A stretch of 49,902 nucleotides of DNA, from positions 1 to 49,902 of IMG/VR virus record IMGVR_UViG_3300046057_000005; one strand, 5' to 3'. A program made the position numbers and the translations under genes. Source of the DNA: a virus. Taxonomy: Duplodnaviria; Caudoviricetes. This document shows, one piece after another, positions 7,762 through 17,739 of this stretch. Under the pieces are notes generated by a model. It did not search any database and was not told the DNA's origin. It saw only the letters and a list, made by a program, of their open reading frames with translations. Numbering within the stretch: the first letter of the stretch is position 1; each line of letters starts with the position of its first letter.

Positions 7762-9441
7762 ATGTATCTCGCGCTACAAAACGCATCGCTAAACGGCGAG
7801 GATACCCGCGTCGCTTGGCATGACGGCCGGCCGCACCTCGTTACGGGCGTCGTCGCCGTTCAAGAGCAAGTCCTAAAGGGCGAACTCCTACCCCAAGCCG
7901 AGATAGAAGCGTCGGCTTCGTCTTTCAACGGGCGACCGCTACCCGTCGGACACCCGGTAAACGAGGATACCGACGAGTTCGTTAGCGCGAACGACCCCGA
8001 AACGTGGGATAGCGAAGTCGTCGGTAAGCTATTCGACGCGCGCGAAGACGACGCCCAGCTAATCGGCGAAACGTGGATAGACATTAAGAAGTCTATTCAT
8101 TTGGGCGAGAACAAAGCCGCGAGATACGCCGGGCCGCTCGCATTAATCGGCCGCTATCTGGAGGGCGGGCTTCAATCGCTCGCCGAAGGCGACGGAACGC
8201 CGGATAGCGGCGTCGGCTTAGATATGAACGTCGTGAACTCGCTTTCGGAACTCGCGGACGAACTCGGCGAAGACGCCGAAGACGCGAGCGAGAACGCGAA
8301 CGACGCGCTGGAGGTATCAACGGCGTACTGGTATCAACCCGACGGGCAAAGCGGGACGCATAACGGCGAAGAATACAAATCTCGCCAGCTAAACGTTAAG
8401 CCCGATCATTTAGCGCTTCTACCGACACAAATCGGCGAGTGTTCGGTCGAAGACGGGTGCGGCGCGCCGCGGGCGAACGAAGCCGGCGGGTCGAAGGTTC
8501 TCGCCGACGGCGGCAATCCAGCGGACGACGCCGCGACCGGGAACGCTTCGCCGCCCGATCCGTCGGACGAACAATCGTTTGCGTTCGCGTCGGACGAAGA
8601 CGCGGACGGGAACACGGTCGGCGGCGCGACCAAGAACGACGGCGGCGGTAACGGATCGGGCGACGGCATGACCGACGACGACGCGAAGGGTTTGCTCGGC
8701 GGCTTGTTCGAAACGATGCGAAGCTTCGGCTACGATACGCCGGAAGTGGACGACTTCGAAACGGACGAGAACGCCGGCAATTGCGGATGCGACCACGAAA
8801 CAGGTAACAACCGAATCATGAACAACGACGAACTTGCAAGCCATACGGGGCTTACGGTCGAACAAATCGAAGAAATGAGCGACCCCGCTCGTTCGGCGCT
8901 TGAATCGGAAGCCGAAGAAACGCTTTCCGAAGACGGCGACGGCGACGACGGGGCGGGCGACGGCGGTGGCGACGGAAGCCAAGCGTCGGGGAACGAATCG
9001 GGCGGCGGGTCGGACGGCGACGACCCCGACGGAACGGGGAACTCGTCGGGCGCGCTGTTCGATTCGCGCGAAGAAATGGGTGAGTTCATCGTTGAAACGA
9101 TGAAATCCCGCGAAAATCAGAAAGAAGCGGAGGAAGTAATCGGCGAGATTACGACGCTGAACGAAGACGCGGACGCCGACGAACTCCGCGGTACTTCGCT
9201 TTCATTCCTGAAAGCGCACCGGGACGCGCTCAAAGAAGCTCAGAACGGCGGCGCTGGCGGCGGGGGCTACCCCGGCGGCGCGTCGGATACCAATAGCGGA
9301 TTCGCGGGACAAGTCGGCGGCATGACGCCGGGCGGGAACGACGGCGACGAAGACGACGGCTGGGGTAGCGAGCCAATCAGCGCGAATCATGCCGGCGAGG
9401 GCGCAATTCCCGACGGCGGCGAAACGGAGGATAGCGAATAA
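7762..9441 (+). CDS. prohead protease/scaffold (DUF2213-like)
   Basis: FNGRPLPVGHP, EVSTAY and PDHLALLP..GECS..GCG motifs; long acidic C-terminal part. Confidence 0.8.
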   Translation: MYLALQNASLNGEDTRVAWHDGRPHLVTGVVAVQEQVLKGELLPQAEIEASASSFNGRPLPVGHPVNEDTDEFVSANDPETWDSEVVGKLFDAREDDAQLIGETWIDIKKSIHLGENKAARYAGPLALIGRYLEGGLQSLAEGDGTPDSGVGLDMNVVNSLSELADELGEDAEDASENANDALEVSTAYWYQPDGQSGTHNGEEYKSRQLNVKPDHLALLPTQIGECSVEDGCGAPRANEAGGSKVLADGGNPADDAATGNASPPDPSDEQSFAFASDEDADGNTVGGATKNDGGGNGSGDGMTDDDAKGLLGGLFETMRSFGYDTPEVDDFETDENAGNCGCDHETGNNRIMNNDELASHTGLTVEQIEEMSDPARSALESEAEETLSEDGDGDDGAGDGGGDGSQASGNESGGGSDGDDPDGTGNSSGALFDSREEMGEFIVETMKSRENQKEAEEVIGEITTLNEDADADELRGTSLSFLKAHRDALKEAQNGGAGGGGYPGGASDTNSGFAGQVGGMTPGGNDGDEDDGWGSEPISANHAGEGAIPDGGETEDSE

Positions 9442-9926
9442 TGGTAAACAAGAACAAAGCGCTCATGGGCGGGCCGCCCGCCGGGCGCGAAGATGGCGAT
9501 GTAGCCGCCGGTGAAACTCTCCAGCCGGCGATGCTTGCGGCAATCGCATCGGTCGGCGTGGACGGCGAAACGACCGAACTCAAAGCGCACGACGTGGACG
9601 GCGAGTTTTCGCCGTTCGTCGTGAAAAAGCAAGCATGGTACGGCGACGTGGAAGACGATAGCGCCGAAGCGATTAACGAAACGATCGATGCGGGCGACTT
9701 CGTGGAAGCCGCCCGCGTTAGCACGGGCAACCGGATTCTCGGTCGGCTGGCGGAAGATAGCACAACGACCGCGGGGGAAACCCGGCTGGTATCTGACGGG
9801 ACGGGCGGCGTCCGACCCGTTGATACCGCGGGCGGTGAAATCAAGGATTCGCCGTATTACCTCGCCCGCGAAGCAATCACGACTGCCGTGGGAGAAACGT
9901 CGCTGATTATCTTGGAGGTTCTCTAA
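9441..9926 (+). CDS. capsid decoration/cement protein
   Basis: 161 aa, between the protease and the MCP; LVSDGTGGVRP...AREA pattern. Confidence 0.6.
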   Translation: MVNKNKALMGGPPAGREDGDVAAGETLQPAMLAAIASVGVDGETTELKAHDVDGEFSPFVVKKQAWYGDVEDDSAEAINETIDAGDFVEAARVSTGNRILGRLAEDSTTTAGETRLVSDGTGGVRPVDTAGGEIKDSPYYLAREAITTAVGETSLIILEVL

Positions 9927-11089
9927 TGTTCGAACGAAACAGTCAGAAACAGAACGCGGTAGACCGAGGGCGTAGAATCGCTACTGACGGCGGCGTGGCG
10001 GCCGCGTCCGGCGGCGGGCGAGTGAACGAGCAATCCGAAACGTATGCGGCGGGTCCGCAAACGCAATTCGGCGAAGCCACGAATCAGGGCTTTCAGTCCA
10101 AAAACGGCGGCGATTTGGGCTTTCAGTACCTCATGCGGGAACACGGCGAAGCCCGCGATTCGTTCATGGCGAACTACGGCGACCTTCGCTATGATGAATG
10201 GAAGGAAATCAACGATCGGGTCATTGAGGTTCGCAAAGAAGCGCTGAATCTCGTCGCCGACCTTCGGGCCGCGGGTCTAACGACGAACGAAGACATTGCG
10301 AACCTCGTTACTCGCTGGCAAACGTCGGGTCGTATGTCGGAAGACGCCGACATTACGATGAACCCGGCGACCGACACGAACGAGGAAGACCCCGGCGGCT
10401 TCGGTCTTGCTGGCGCGCCGATGTGGATGTTTCAAAAGGATTGGCGAATCGATCGCCGCCTTTTGCTCGCGTCGCGGAACGCGGGCGGCATGGATATTGG
10501 TCGGCGGGCGTCCGCGGGCATGACCCGCGCCGTCGCTTCGACTATCGAATACGCCATGCTGAACGGTATCAGTACCCCGATCGATGGGTACACCATGCCC
10601 GGCTTTCTGACCCATCCGGACCGCAATCAGGTTACGGGGTCGGGCTGGGCGGACGACGACGGCAACGACGCCGATAACGTTCGGGCGGACTTGCTCGCCG
10701 GTATCGAACGGATGGAAAACGACGAGTACGACGGCGGCGGGTACTACCTTTACCTCGCACGCCGCGAATGGCAACGCCTTCGTCGCCTTCTTGCGGACTT
10801 CGGCGGCGGGTTCAGCGGCGAAACGAACATGAGAACGCGAATTTCCGAGGAGTTCGACGCGGAACTCGGTCGGGTTCGCGTTAGCAAGCACATCCCCGAC
10901 GGGCAAGCGCTCATGTTTCAGCCGTCTACCGACGTGGTGGAAGTGGGTATCGCCGAAGACATTCAGCCGGTGCAATGGGAAGCGCCCCACGGCTGGGTCG
11001 TCTTCATGAAGATGCTGGCGGCGATGAACCTCAAACTCGCTTCCACCCAAGAGGGTCAAATGGGCGTCGCTCACCTTACCGGGCTGTAA
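9926..11089 (+). CDS. major capsid protein (HK97 fold, linocin M18/encapsulin-like)
   Basis: 387 aa; DEWKEINDRVIEV, KDWRIDRRLLLASR and GFLTHPDR motifs; position in the head module. Confidence 0.85.
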   Translation: MFERNSQKQNAVDRGRRIATDGGVAAASGGGRVNEQSETYAAGPQTQFGEATNQGFQSKNGGDLGFQYLMREHGEARDSFMANYGDLRYDEWKEINDRVIEVRKEALNLVADLRAAGLTTNEDIANLVTRWQTSGRMSEDADITMNPATDTNEEDPGGFGLAGAPMWMFQKDWRIDRRLLLASRNAGGMDIGRRASAGMTRAVASTIEYAMLNGISTPIDGYTMPGFLTHPDRNQVTGSGWADDDGNDADNVRADLLAGIERMENDEYDGGGYYLYLARREWQRLRRLLADFGGGFSGETNMRTRISEEFDAELGRVRVSKHIPDGQALMFQPSTDVVEVGIAEDIQPVQWEAPHGWVVFMKMLAAMNLKLASTQEGQMGVAHLTGL

Positions 11090-11126
11090 GACCGAACACG
11101 AAACGTAAGCGAACACCAACTCAATC

Positions 11127-11729
11127 ATGAGCAAGCAAAATTACCGATACGAGGGAACCGGGCTATCGCTCGCCAGCGGTGGCGTCGTTCGGAACGGCGA
11201 CGTTATCGCAATCGAAACGAACGAAGACGGCCAAATCACCGATGCGGCGCTCGCGCCGTTCGCGCAATCGTTCCGGGCGACCGACGACGAAACGACCGTC
11301 GAATACGACCCGTCGGAAGCCGATCGTTCGGCGGGGGACTTGCCGCCGGGCTACAACGAGGGAACGCCGCCGGGAACACCGAAAGCTACCCACCGGACCG
11401 GCGACGCCTACGGCGAAGATACGCCGGAAACGGGCGGCAACCCCGACGCGAGCACCGAAAGCGATACGTCGGACGTTTCCGACCCGGACGAAGCCGATAC
11501 GAGCGAGGGCGCGCAACCCGAACCGCTCGGTGCGGACGGGTCCGAAGACGGTTCAACCGCGGACGAATCGGACCTTCAAGACGTGAATCTGGAGGAAACC
11601 GAGCGCGACGAACTCCGCGACCTCGCAAGCGTCTACGACGACGTAGACGGCCGGCAATCGAACGCCGAACTACGCGAAGCGCTCGCCGAGAAACAAGAAC
11701 AGCAAGAACAACAGCAAGCGGACGGGTAA
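11127..11729 (+). CDS. acidic protein with C-terminal Rho-N/HeH-like motif
   Basis: RDELRDLAS...QSNAELREAL; typical position right after the MCP. Confidence 0.55.
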   Translation: MSKQNYRYEGTGLSLASGGVVRNGDVIAIETNEDGQITDAALAPFAQSFRATDDETTVEYDPSEADRSAGDLPPGYNEGTPPGTPKATHRTGDAYGEDTPETGGNPDASTESDTSDVSDPDEADTSEGAQPEPLGADGSEDGSTADESDLQDVNLEETERDELRDLASVYDDVDGRQSNAELREALAEKQEQQEQQQADG

Positions 11730-11738
11730 CATCCGCGA

Positions 11739-12164
11739 ATGGCCGACGTGAATACCGGGGTATCGCCCGACGACGTTCGCGGGATTTTCGAAGGCGAAGT
11801 CGCGCCGATTACGAAGGGGGCGTTAGAAACGCACATAGAAGCGGCTTCAAATCTCGTCGCGGACGTTCAAGACGCCGCGCAAGCGACGGGTGCGACGGTC
11901 GCCGACGACCGGCTTGCGGACATTCATACGTACCTATCGGCGCACTACGCGACGGCGCAAGCGCCGCGAAAGGAAACCGAGCGGGGCGAATCGTATCGCG
12001 CCGACTGGTTACGGGAAACGTCGTATGGTGAGATAGCGATTCAGTTAGACCCGACGGGCGTGCTGAACGACGCGAGCGAGAAACCCGCATCCGTTCGAAC
12101 GGGTAACGTCCGCGGATCGAAACGCCAGCAAACCCGTCGGGAAACCCGGCGAAGGTATCGATAG
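11739..12164 (+). CDS. head-tail adaptor
   Basis: YLSAHY...TSYGEIAIQLDPTGVL motif; position. Confidence 0.65.
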   Translation: MADVNTGVSPDDVRGIFEGEVAPITKGALETHIEAASNLVADVQDAAQATGATVADDRLADIHTYLSAHYATAQAPRKETERGESYRADWLRETSYGEIAIQLDPTGVLNDASEKPASVRTGNVRGSKRQQTRRETRRRYR

Positions 12165-12180
12165 CTGGAGCGCCCCGATC

Positions 12181-12519
12181 ATGGTTCAAGTCGGAATGTC
12201 CTTGCTCGGGGCCGCGGACGTAATCGATTCGTTTCAATACCTCTTAGGCAAGTTCGAATCGCCCGCTGATTGGGTCGTCGGGACGAACGTAAAATATAGT
12301 CTATATGTTGAATTTGGAACTTCAAGCCAGAAAGCCCAGCCCTATCTACGGCCGGCGCTCGCTAAGGTAAAGCGGAACATCGGACGGATCGTATCGTCGG
12401 CGTCGTCGCTGAATGAAGCGCTCCGGAATGCGGCGCTCGCTATCGAAGCCGAAGCGAAGCGGCTGGTTCCCGTGGATACCGGGACACTAAAAGGTTCGAT
12501 AAAAGCTGTGAAAAGGTAA
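12181..12519 (+). CDS. HK97 gp10-like neck/tail completion protein
   Basis: YVEFGT..AQPYLRPA and PVDTGTLKGSI motifs. Confidence 0.75.
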   Translation: MVQVGMSLLGAADVIDSFQYLLGKFESPADWVVGTNVKYSLYVEFGTSSQKAQPYLRPALAKVKRNIGRIVSSASSLNEALRNAALAIEAEAKRLVPVDTGTLKGSIKAVKR

Positions 12520-12551
12520 ATTATGAACGAACACACCGGAGGAAAACGATC

Positions 12552-13016
12552 ATGGTAAGAAGCGCGACGCGCGCCGGGGCGGAACAAATGATCCGCCGCG
12601 AAGGCGAACCAGCCCGTCTTACGAACCAATTCGACACGGGTGATAGAAACATGGACGGCGACCCGGTAACGACGCAAGAAAGCGTTTATCGGCGGGCGCA
12701 ATTCCGCGAACCTACCGGAAGCCAAGAATCGCAAACGCCGTTCGGCGAATCGGTCGAAGCGGACGCGGTTATATTCGTCCACGCGGATTTACTGGATAGC
12801 CGCGACGAAGTACGCGACCAATCGGACGCGGACGAAGCGATAGACGAAACACGGATTGCGCGGCTGGCGGCCAACCCCTTCGATTCGGACGGCAATCGCA
12901 AGACCGACGAGAACGGCGACGCGATACCGGACGACGTAATAGACGAATACGAAGTGGTTCGCGCCGTCCGCGAATCGATCAACGGGCTAATCCACATTCA
13001 GGGGGTTTTGGACTAA
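12552..13016 (+). CDS. head closure protein (putative)
   Basis: Size and position in the neck module. Confidence 0.5.
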   Translation: MVRSATRAGAEQMIRREGEPARLTNQFDTGDRNMDGDPVTTQESVYRRAQFREPTGSQESQTPFGESVEADAVIFVHADLLDSRDEVRDQSDADEAIDETRIARLAANPFDSDGNRKTDENGDAIPDDVIDEYEVVRAVRESINGLIHIQGVLD

Positions 13017-13017
13017 G

Positions 13018-13557
13018 ATGCTGGAGATACCCGCCGATACGCGCATCCGCATGATACTCGCCGACGATTACCCCTTCGGTAGCGCGATTACCGAGAACGA
13101 CGACGAAGGGTATCGCCAGCCCGAGATTAGCACGGGATGGTGGGATAACCAAACCAGCCGGCCGCAAATAACCGTCACAAACCCATCCGAAGGGGTCTTA
13201 GACGGGGGTTCGACCGGCTATACCAGCGGGACGGGAACCGGCGGCGTCGGCCGGATATGGACGGGCTACGCGCTCGTTAACGCATGGGTGAAAGACGACG
13301 ACATTCGCCTTCGGGCGACCCAATCAACGATAGACGCCGGGCGAGCGTCGGGAAAACAGGTGTCGTATATGCTGGCGAAAAACGCTGCCGGAGTAATCAC
13401 CGACTACGCGAATGGCTATTACGAGCCCGAAACGGGAAACCTCGTTTTCCGATCGATGGGGGTGGACGAAGTGGAGCGGGTAGCGACGCCCGACCAAGAC
13501 GACTTGTATCGCTACGAGTTCTCGGCGTTATTTAACCATGCAGACACAAGTGGATAA
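13018..13557 (+). CDS. tail terminator (putative)
   Basis: Size and position; PQITVT and YRYEF patterns. Confidence 0.5.
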   Translation: MLEIPADTRIRMILADDYPFGSAITENDDEGYRQPEISTGWWDNQTSRPQITVTNPSEGVLDGGSTGYTSGTGTGGVGRIWTGYALVNAWVKDDDIRLRATQSTIDAGRASGKQVSYMLAKNAAGVITDYANGYYEPETGNLVFRSMGVDEVERVATPDQDDLYRYEFSALFNHADTSG

Positions 13558-13579
13558 TGGCGTTACCCAAAACCGATGA

Positions 13580-13954
13580 ATGACCGACCGAACCCGACCG
13601 TCCGAAGCGACCGACGACGAACCGAGCGACGAACAGCCAGCAAACCGAAACGACGACGGCAGCCACCAGAACGATGTGGCTCAGGCGGCCGAAGACGCGG
13701 CAAGTGCGACGGCGCAAGCGGCGGCCGGTATAACCGAGAATCCACGAAGGGAATTAAAGAAACACTCGTATCGGACCCGCTCGCGCATATCGTGGACGCT
13801 AACCCTTATCGTGGCGTTCATGTTGGGGTTGGAAGCGCTCTTACCGGGATATGCCCCGCAACCGACTATCGTGGCGTCGGTGCTTGGAACGGTTGTTACG
13901 CTCCTAATCCTCCAGCGCAACGGATCGGGCGGCGAAGGCCAAGGTGGAGGGTAA
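13580..13954 (+). CDS. membrane protein (2 TM)
   Basis: Two hydrophobic segments after an acidic N-terminus. Confidence 0.65.
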   Translation: MTDRTRPSEATDDEPSDEQPANRNDDGSHQNDVAQAAEDAASATAQAAAGITENPRRELKKHSYRTRSRISWTLTLIVAFMLGLEALLPGYAPQPTIVASVLGTVVTLLILQRNGSGGEGQGGG

Positions 13955-14051
13955 AAATCAGAATAATGGAAACGATGAAAACGAAAATCACTGGCTACAA
14001 CGGCCAAAACAATGCCGAAGAACAAAGGCCGGCCCGGAGCAATGGTGAGAG

Positions 14052-14486
14052 GTGATGGTCGAACTTACCGCGGCGCAAAAGTTGATCGTTGCGTTCGGCT
14101 GTTCGACGGTCGCGTTACAGCTAACGGGCGATTCAGTGGTACTCGCCGAAGCCCCGGCATTGCTTTATCTCCTATGCTATGCGACGGGCTTGGCGCTAAT
14201 GGGTAGTATGTGCTATCTGGAGTTTAAGAGCCCGCGGCCGTTTCCTTCGATCATTCTCGCGCCGCTTGGATTCGCTGGCGTCGTCTTTTTCCTACTCGCG
14301 TATGGCGCGCAAAACTATATGTTTCCGTATCCCGGCGCGATTATCGGCGTAGCGCTATCGGGGTCGCTGTTCGGCGTCGGCGTCTTCGTCGGCTGGCTAT
14401 CATGGGGTATCACCGACGAAACGCTTGCGTCACTTAGCGACAGTAGCCCGACGGACGACCCGCCAGAACTTCGAAGGGGGACATAA
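14052..14486 (+). CDS. membrane protein (~4 TM)
   Basis: Almost entirely hydrophobic, 144 aa. Confidence 0.65.
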   Translation: MMVELTAAQKLIVAFGCSTVALQLTGDSVVLAEAPALLYLLCYATGLALMGSMCYLEFKSPRPFPSIILAPLGFAGVVFFLLAYGAQNYMFPYPGAIIGVALSGSLFGVGVFVGWLSWGITDETLASLSDSSPTDDPPELRRGT

Positions 14487-14488
14487 AC

Positions 14489-14671
14489 ATGGGACAAACG
14501 AGATTCTATCCCGACCGCAACGACGACGGCTACGGATCGGGGAACGACGACGAAGACGGGGACGAAGAACAGCAAGAGGAAACGAGCGAGGATAGCGCCC
14601 GGCAATCGCGCAAATCAAATCAGAACTTCGCGGCGAACCCGTCCGACAAAGACGACGGGAGCGAGGGGTGA
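14489..14671 (+). CDS. small acidic protein
   Basis: Fills the gap between the flanking ORFs with 1-2 nt spacing. Confidence 0.5.
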   Translation: MGQTRFYPDRNDDGYGSGNDDEDGDEEQQEETSEDSARQSRKSNQNFAANPSDKDDGSEG

Positions 14672-14672
14672 A

Positions 14673-15161
14673 ATGGCGGGCGACCCGGTTCGGGCGGGCG
14701 TTAACGCGGTCATGGGTGCGGCGGCCGGCGCAACCTATGGTTTTATCGCCTTCGCGCGAAAACGCGAAGACGCAACGCGAGAAACTGAAAGATGGGACGT
14801 TCGCAAAGCAATCCCGACGGTACTCGTCGCGGCCGCTATCGGCGCGGTGGACGGCTACGCAGCCGGACCCGAAGCCGTAACGCCGGAAGCTATCGCCACC
14901 CGATTAGCGATGTACGGCGGCGTAATCTTCGCCGTCGAACAAGTGTTAAAGACGCTACGCGACCGGCGAGAAAACCAGCGCGACGCAAAAATCCGCGGGA
15001 TATTAGCCGATTGGGAGTTCCCGGCGGCCGGCAACCGCAACGAAGCCCAAGCCGAGCGCGATACTCCAGTGGACGGCGGTGCGAACCCATCGGACGGACC
15101 GAATCGAAGCGAGAACGATACGAACAACGATACCGAGAACGGACCGAGAAATGTGGATTGA
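14673..15161 (+). CDS. holin-like membrane protein (3 TM)
   Basis: Three hydrophobic helices followed by a charged C-terminal tail. Confidence 0.5.
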   Translation: MAGDPVRAGVNAVMGAAAGATYGFIAFARKREDATRETERWDVRKAIPTVLVAAAIGAVDGYAAGPEAVTPEAIATRLAMYGGVIFAVEQVLKTLRDRRENQRDAKIRGILADWEFPAAGNRNEAQAERDTPVDGGANPSDGPNRSENDTNNDTENGPRNVD

Positions 15162-15588
15162 GAACACACTAATCCGACCCGACGACGACCCGCCCGGCGA
15201 ATGGAACCCACCCGAGATACCGGGAAAAGTCGAATGGTCGGATAACGCAAAGGCGCAAGTGAGCGCCGAAGACGGCATAGCCCTCACAACAAACTATCCG
15301 CACGTCGTTGATGCGAACGCCGACGACGCGGACGGCGACGAGAACGACGCCCAGCCGGTCGCTGATAGCGGCGGCGACGGTGGGGCCGGCGACGACGCCC
15401 AAGACGAAGCCGACGGGGATAGCGACCAATCTCGCGGCGATACGGGCGAGGTGATCGCCACCGAAGAAATCACCGTCGAACCCGAACCGGAAGGCAACGC
15501 GGACGCCGATGCGGATAGCAACGACGAAACAGACAGCATCGACACCGATAGCAACATTCAGACCGACACCGATAACGAGGAAACCTGA
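15151..15588 (+). CDS. acidic hypothetical protein
   Basis: Start at MWIENTL; ends 2 nt before the tail tube gene. Confidence 0.6.
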   Translation: MWIENTLIRPDDDPPGEWNPPEIPGKVEWSDNAKAQVSAEDGIALTTNYPHVVDANADDADGDENDAQPVADSGGDGGAGDDAQDEADGDSDQSRGDTGEVIATEEITVEPEPEGNADADADSNDETDSIDTDSNIQTDTDNEET

Positions 15589-15590
15589 AC

Positions 15591-16886
15591 ATGCCCGAAC
15601 TATCAACGCCGTCGAATCCGGAAAGTGGACTTCGAAACCACCGAACCCACTTCGCGCGAGAAAAGAAAACGAACCGCGGATACCTTCAAGATGTTCGTGA
15701 GTTCTTGCTGTATTCCGACGGCATGAACACCGTGGAGTTCTCGCCGGGCGCATCGATCGAAGAACGGCGCGTCATGAGTAACGCCGATCCGAAAGAGTTC
15801 AACCGCGGCCCCGAAAGCCACGAACTAACGATCGCCTACGACCTTTGCAAGTGGTTTACGCAGAACGGGGGCAACGCATGGGACGCGACCTATGACGCCG
15901 TTCTTCGGGACGCCGATAACAAACTCGCCAATAGCCATACGATCGTAGACCGCGAAGACAAGCAACTGGTTAACCAGCGTTCCACCCATAGCGGGACGAC
16001 CGACCGACCACAGCGGCTTTACAAGGTTGCGCGTGGGGCGCTCGCCGACGAAGCCGAGATTAGCGGCGACCCTTCGGATAGCCAGCCGGTCGGCGTCGAA
16101 CTATCTTACATCGCGTCGCGGATGCGTTCGTTCAAGATCGATCAGCCGACGGACGCCGAAGGCGCGGTAAATCTCGCGGTGGTTTCGACCGATCCGAACG
16201 ATACGATGGAGGTAATCGTAGAATCGGACGGGGGCGCGACGAACGAACGAGTTACGCTGAACGGCGACACGCTTGTTTCGCTTCAAGAAACCTACGATAA
16301 CGTGGACGGCTTCGAACTCACGACCGGGGCGGTCGGCGACGTTCGGCTGGTTGTCAACACTAACGACCCTACCGCTCCCGCGGAAGGCGACACGCTTGGC
16401 GTTATCCTCGGTAGCGACACTTACGGCGTTACCGGCGAAGGCGATTTGGGCGTCCCGACTATCGAAGACGGTGGTTCGCGCGAATCCGAAGGTGCTGTTC
16501 CGGCGGTTGAGACGTTCATCGGCGATTCGATCATGGCGAACGCGAATCCCGTCCCGCACGAGGTTCAATCCGCGACTATCACCGTTGGAAACAACGTCCA
16601 AGAAATGGAGCGGTCGGAAGGCTACGGCATGGCGCTTTACGCTCAAAACCGCGATTTGGACCTCGAAACGACGATGTACGGGGAAAGCACTTCGCACGAT
16701 TACCTCGTAGACCACCTTACCAACACCGCGCGCGACCACCGCTGGAGTCTTCGCGGCGGTGATTTGATCGTGGATAACGCGACGCTCACCGACGCGGGCG
16801 ACATTACAGCCGAATCCGAACAGGCTGTAATGACGGTCGAAAACACGCATAACGGAACAGGGATTACCGTCACCGAAGCCGCCTAA
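15591..16886 (+). CDS. major tail tube protein
   Basis: 431 aa, beta-rich; upstream of the chaperone and TMP; no sheath gene seen. Confidence 0.65.
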   Translation: MPELSTPSNPESGLRNHRTHFAREKKTNRGYLQDVREFLLYSDGMNTVEFSPGASIEERRVMSNADPKEFNRGPESHELTIAYDLCKWFTQNGGNAWDATYDAVLRDADNKLANSHTIVDREDKQLVNQRSTHSGTTDRPQRLYKVARGALADEAEISGDPSDSQPVGVELSYIASRMRSFKIDQPTDAEGAVNLAVVSTDPNDTMEVIVESDGGATNERVTLNGDTLVSLQETYDNVDGFELTTGAVGDVRLVVNTNDPTAPAEGDTLGVILGSDTYGVTGEGDLGVPTIEDGGSRESEGAVPAVETFIGDSIMANANPVPHEVQSATITVGNNVQEMERSEGYGMALYAQNRDLDLETTMYGESTSHDYLVDHLTNTARDHRWSLRGGDLIVDNATLTDAGDITAESEQAVMTVENTHNGTGITVTEAA

Positions 16887-16963
16887 CCCCAGTACCCCGA
16901 TCCCGGTCTAACCAGCGCTTTTTTGCCGGTAAGTATAAACCCGAACAGCCCGTCTTACGGACC

Positions 16964-17587
16964 ATGGCACGGGACGCTACCGGAGCCAGACGAGTCGATT
17001 GGCCGAACGGATTCGTTCGGACGCTGCCGGAACAGCGCGAACCGAACAACTCGTTTCGCGTCACGCTATCGACGGCGCTTGACGAGTTAGAAAACGAGTT
17101 CGAACGGCTGGGTGCTGATTCTCACCACTTTTCGACAGCCATGCCGCAGCGAAAAACCGACAGCCGACCGTATGCGAACGCTACCCATCCGGATGATCCG
17201 GGGGTAGCGGCATACTGGGTCATGGACGGTGAGCAGTACGCCGTGGCGTGCGACGAGTTTACCCGAGTACGCGATAACGCGAGGTCTATCGGGCTGTATA
17301 TCCGCGAGAAACGAAAAATGCAATCGCGTCCCGTCATGACGGGACGGCCGGAGTTCTCGAACGCACGGCTACCGTCGGGCGACGACGGCGATCCGGCCGA
17401 AGCCTTCGTAAGACCCGATCATGAAATTGTCGGCGTCGATCCGGATGCATCGGAAAAAGAAATTCGGCGGTCCGCACGAGCGGAAATCAAAGCCGCGCAC
17501 CCGGATACGGCGGGGACTTCGGAATACGAGGTTGTGAGGGTAAAATCCGCGCGCGACCGGCTACTCGGCGACGATACCGAAGGGTAG
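16964..17587 (+). CDS. J-domain (DnaJ-like) protein
   Basis: C-terminal HEIVGVDPDAS.KEIRR...AHPD; own TATA (16933-16939) and GTCTTAC (16952). Confidence 0.75.
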   Translation: MARDATGARRVDWPNGFVRTLPEQREPNNSFRVTLSTALDELENEFERLGADSHHFSTAMPQRKTDSRPYANATHPDDPGVAAYWVMDGEQYAVACDEFTRVRDNARSIGLYIREKRKMQSRPVMTGRPEFSNARLPSGDDGDPAEAFVRPDHEIVGVDPDASEKEIRRSARAEIKAAHPDTAGTSEYEVVRVKSARDRLLGDDTEG

Positions 17588-17658
17588 GCGCGGGGAACGA
17601 GCGCCGAACGCTTTCGGAACTTGCTCGTATCTTTTCGCTCCGGTCGAAGGACAGCCCG

Positions 17659-17739
17659 TGTAACCATACCGTTACACTTATTGTGTCGGGGTGCATTGGG
17701 TTAGGTATGGCACGAACGCCTACCCAAGCCGACGACGAC
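17659..17739 (+). repeat. cassette repeat copy
   Basis: TGTAACCATACCGTTACACTTATTGTGTCGGGGTGCATTGGGTTAGGTATGGCACGAACGCCTACCCAAGCCGAC. Confidence 0.9.

Noticed and set aside
9926-11089. Bacteriocin or encapsulin nanocompartment call for the linocin-like protein
   Set aside because: Its context between protease, decoration and neck genes identifies it as the viral major capsid protein.
10277-11134. Long antisense and alternative-frame ORFs over structural genes (e.g. 285 aa opposite the MCP)
   Set aside because: Arg/Ser/Val-rich shadow frames are expected in high-GC, GAC/GAA-biased coding DNA.
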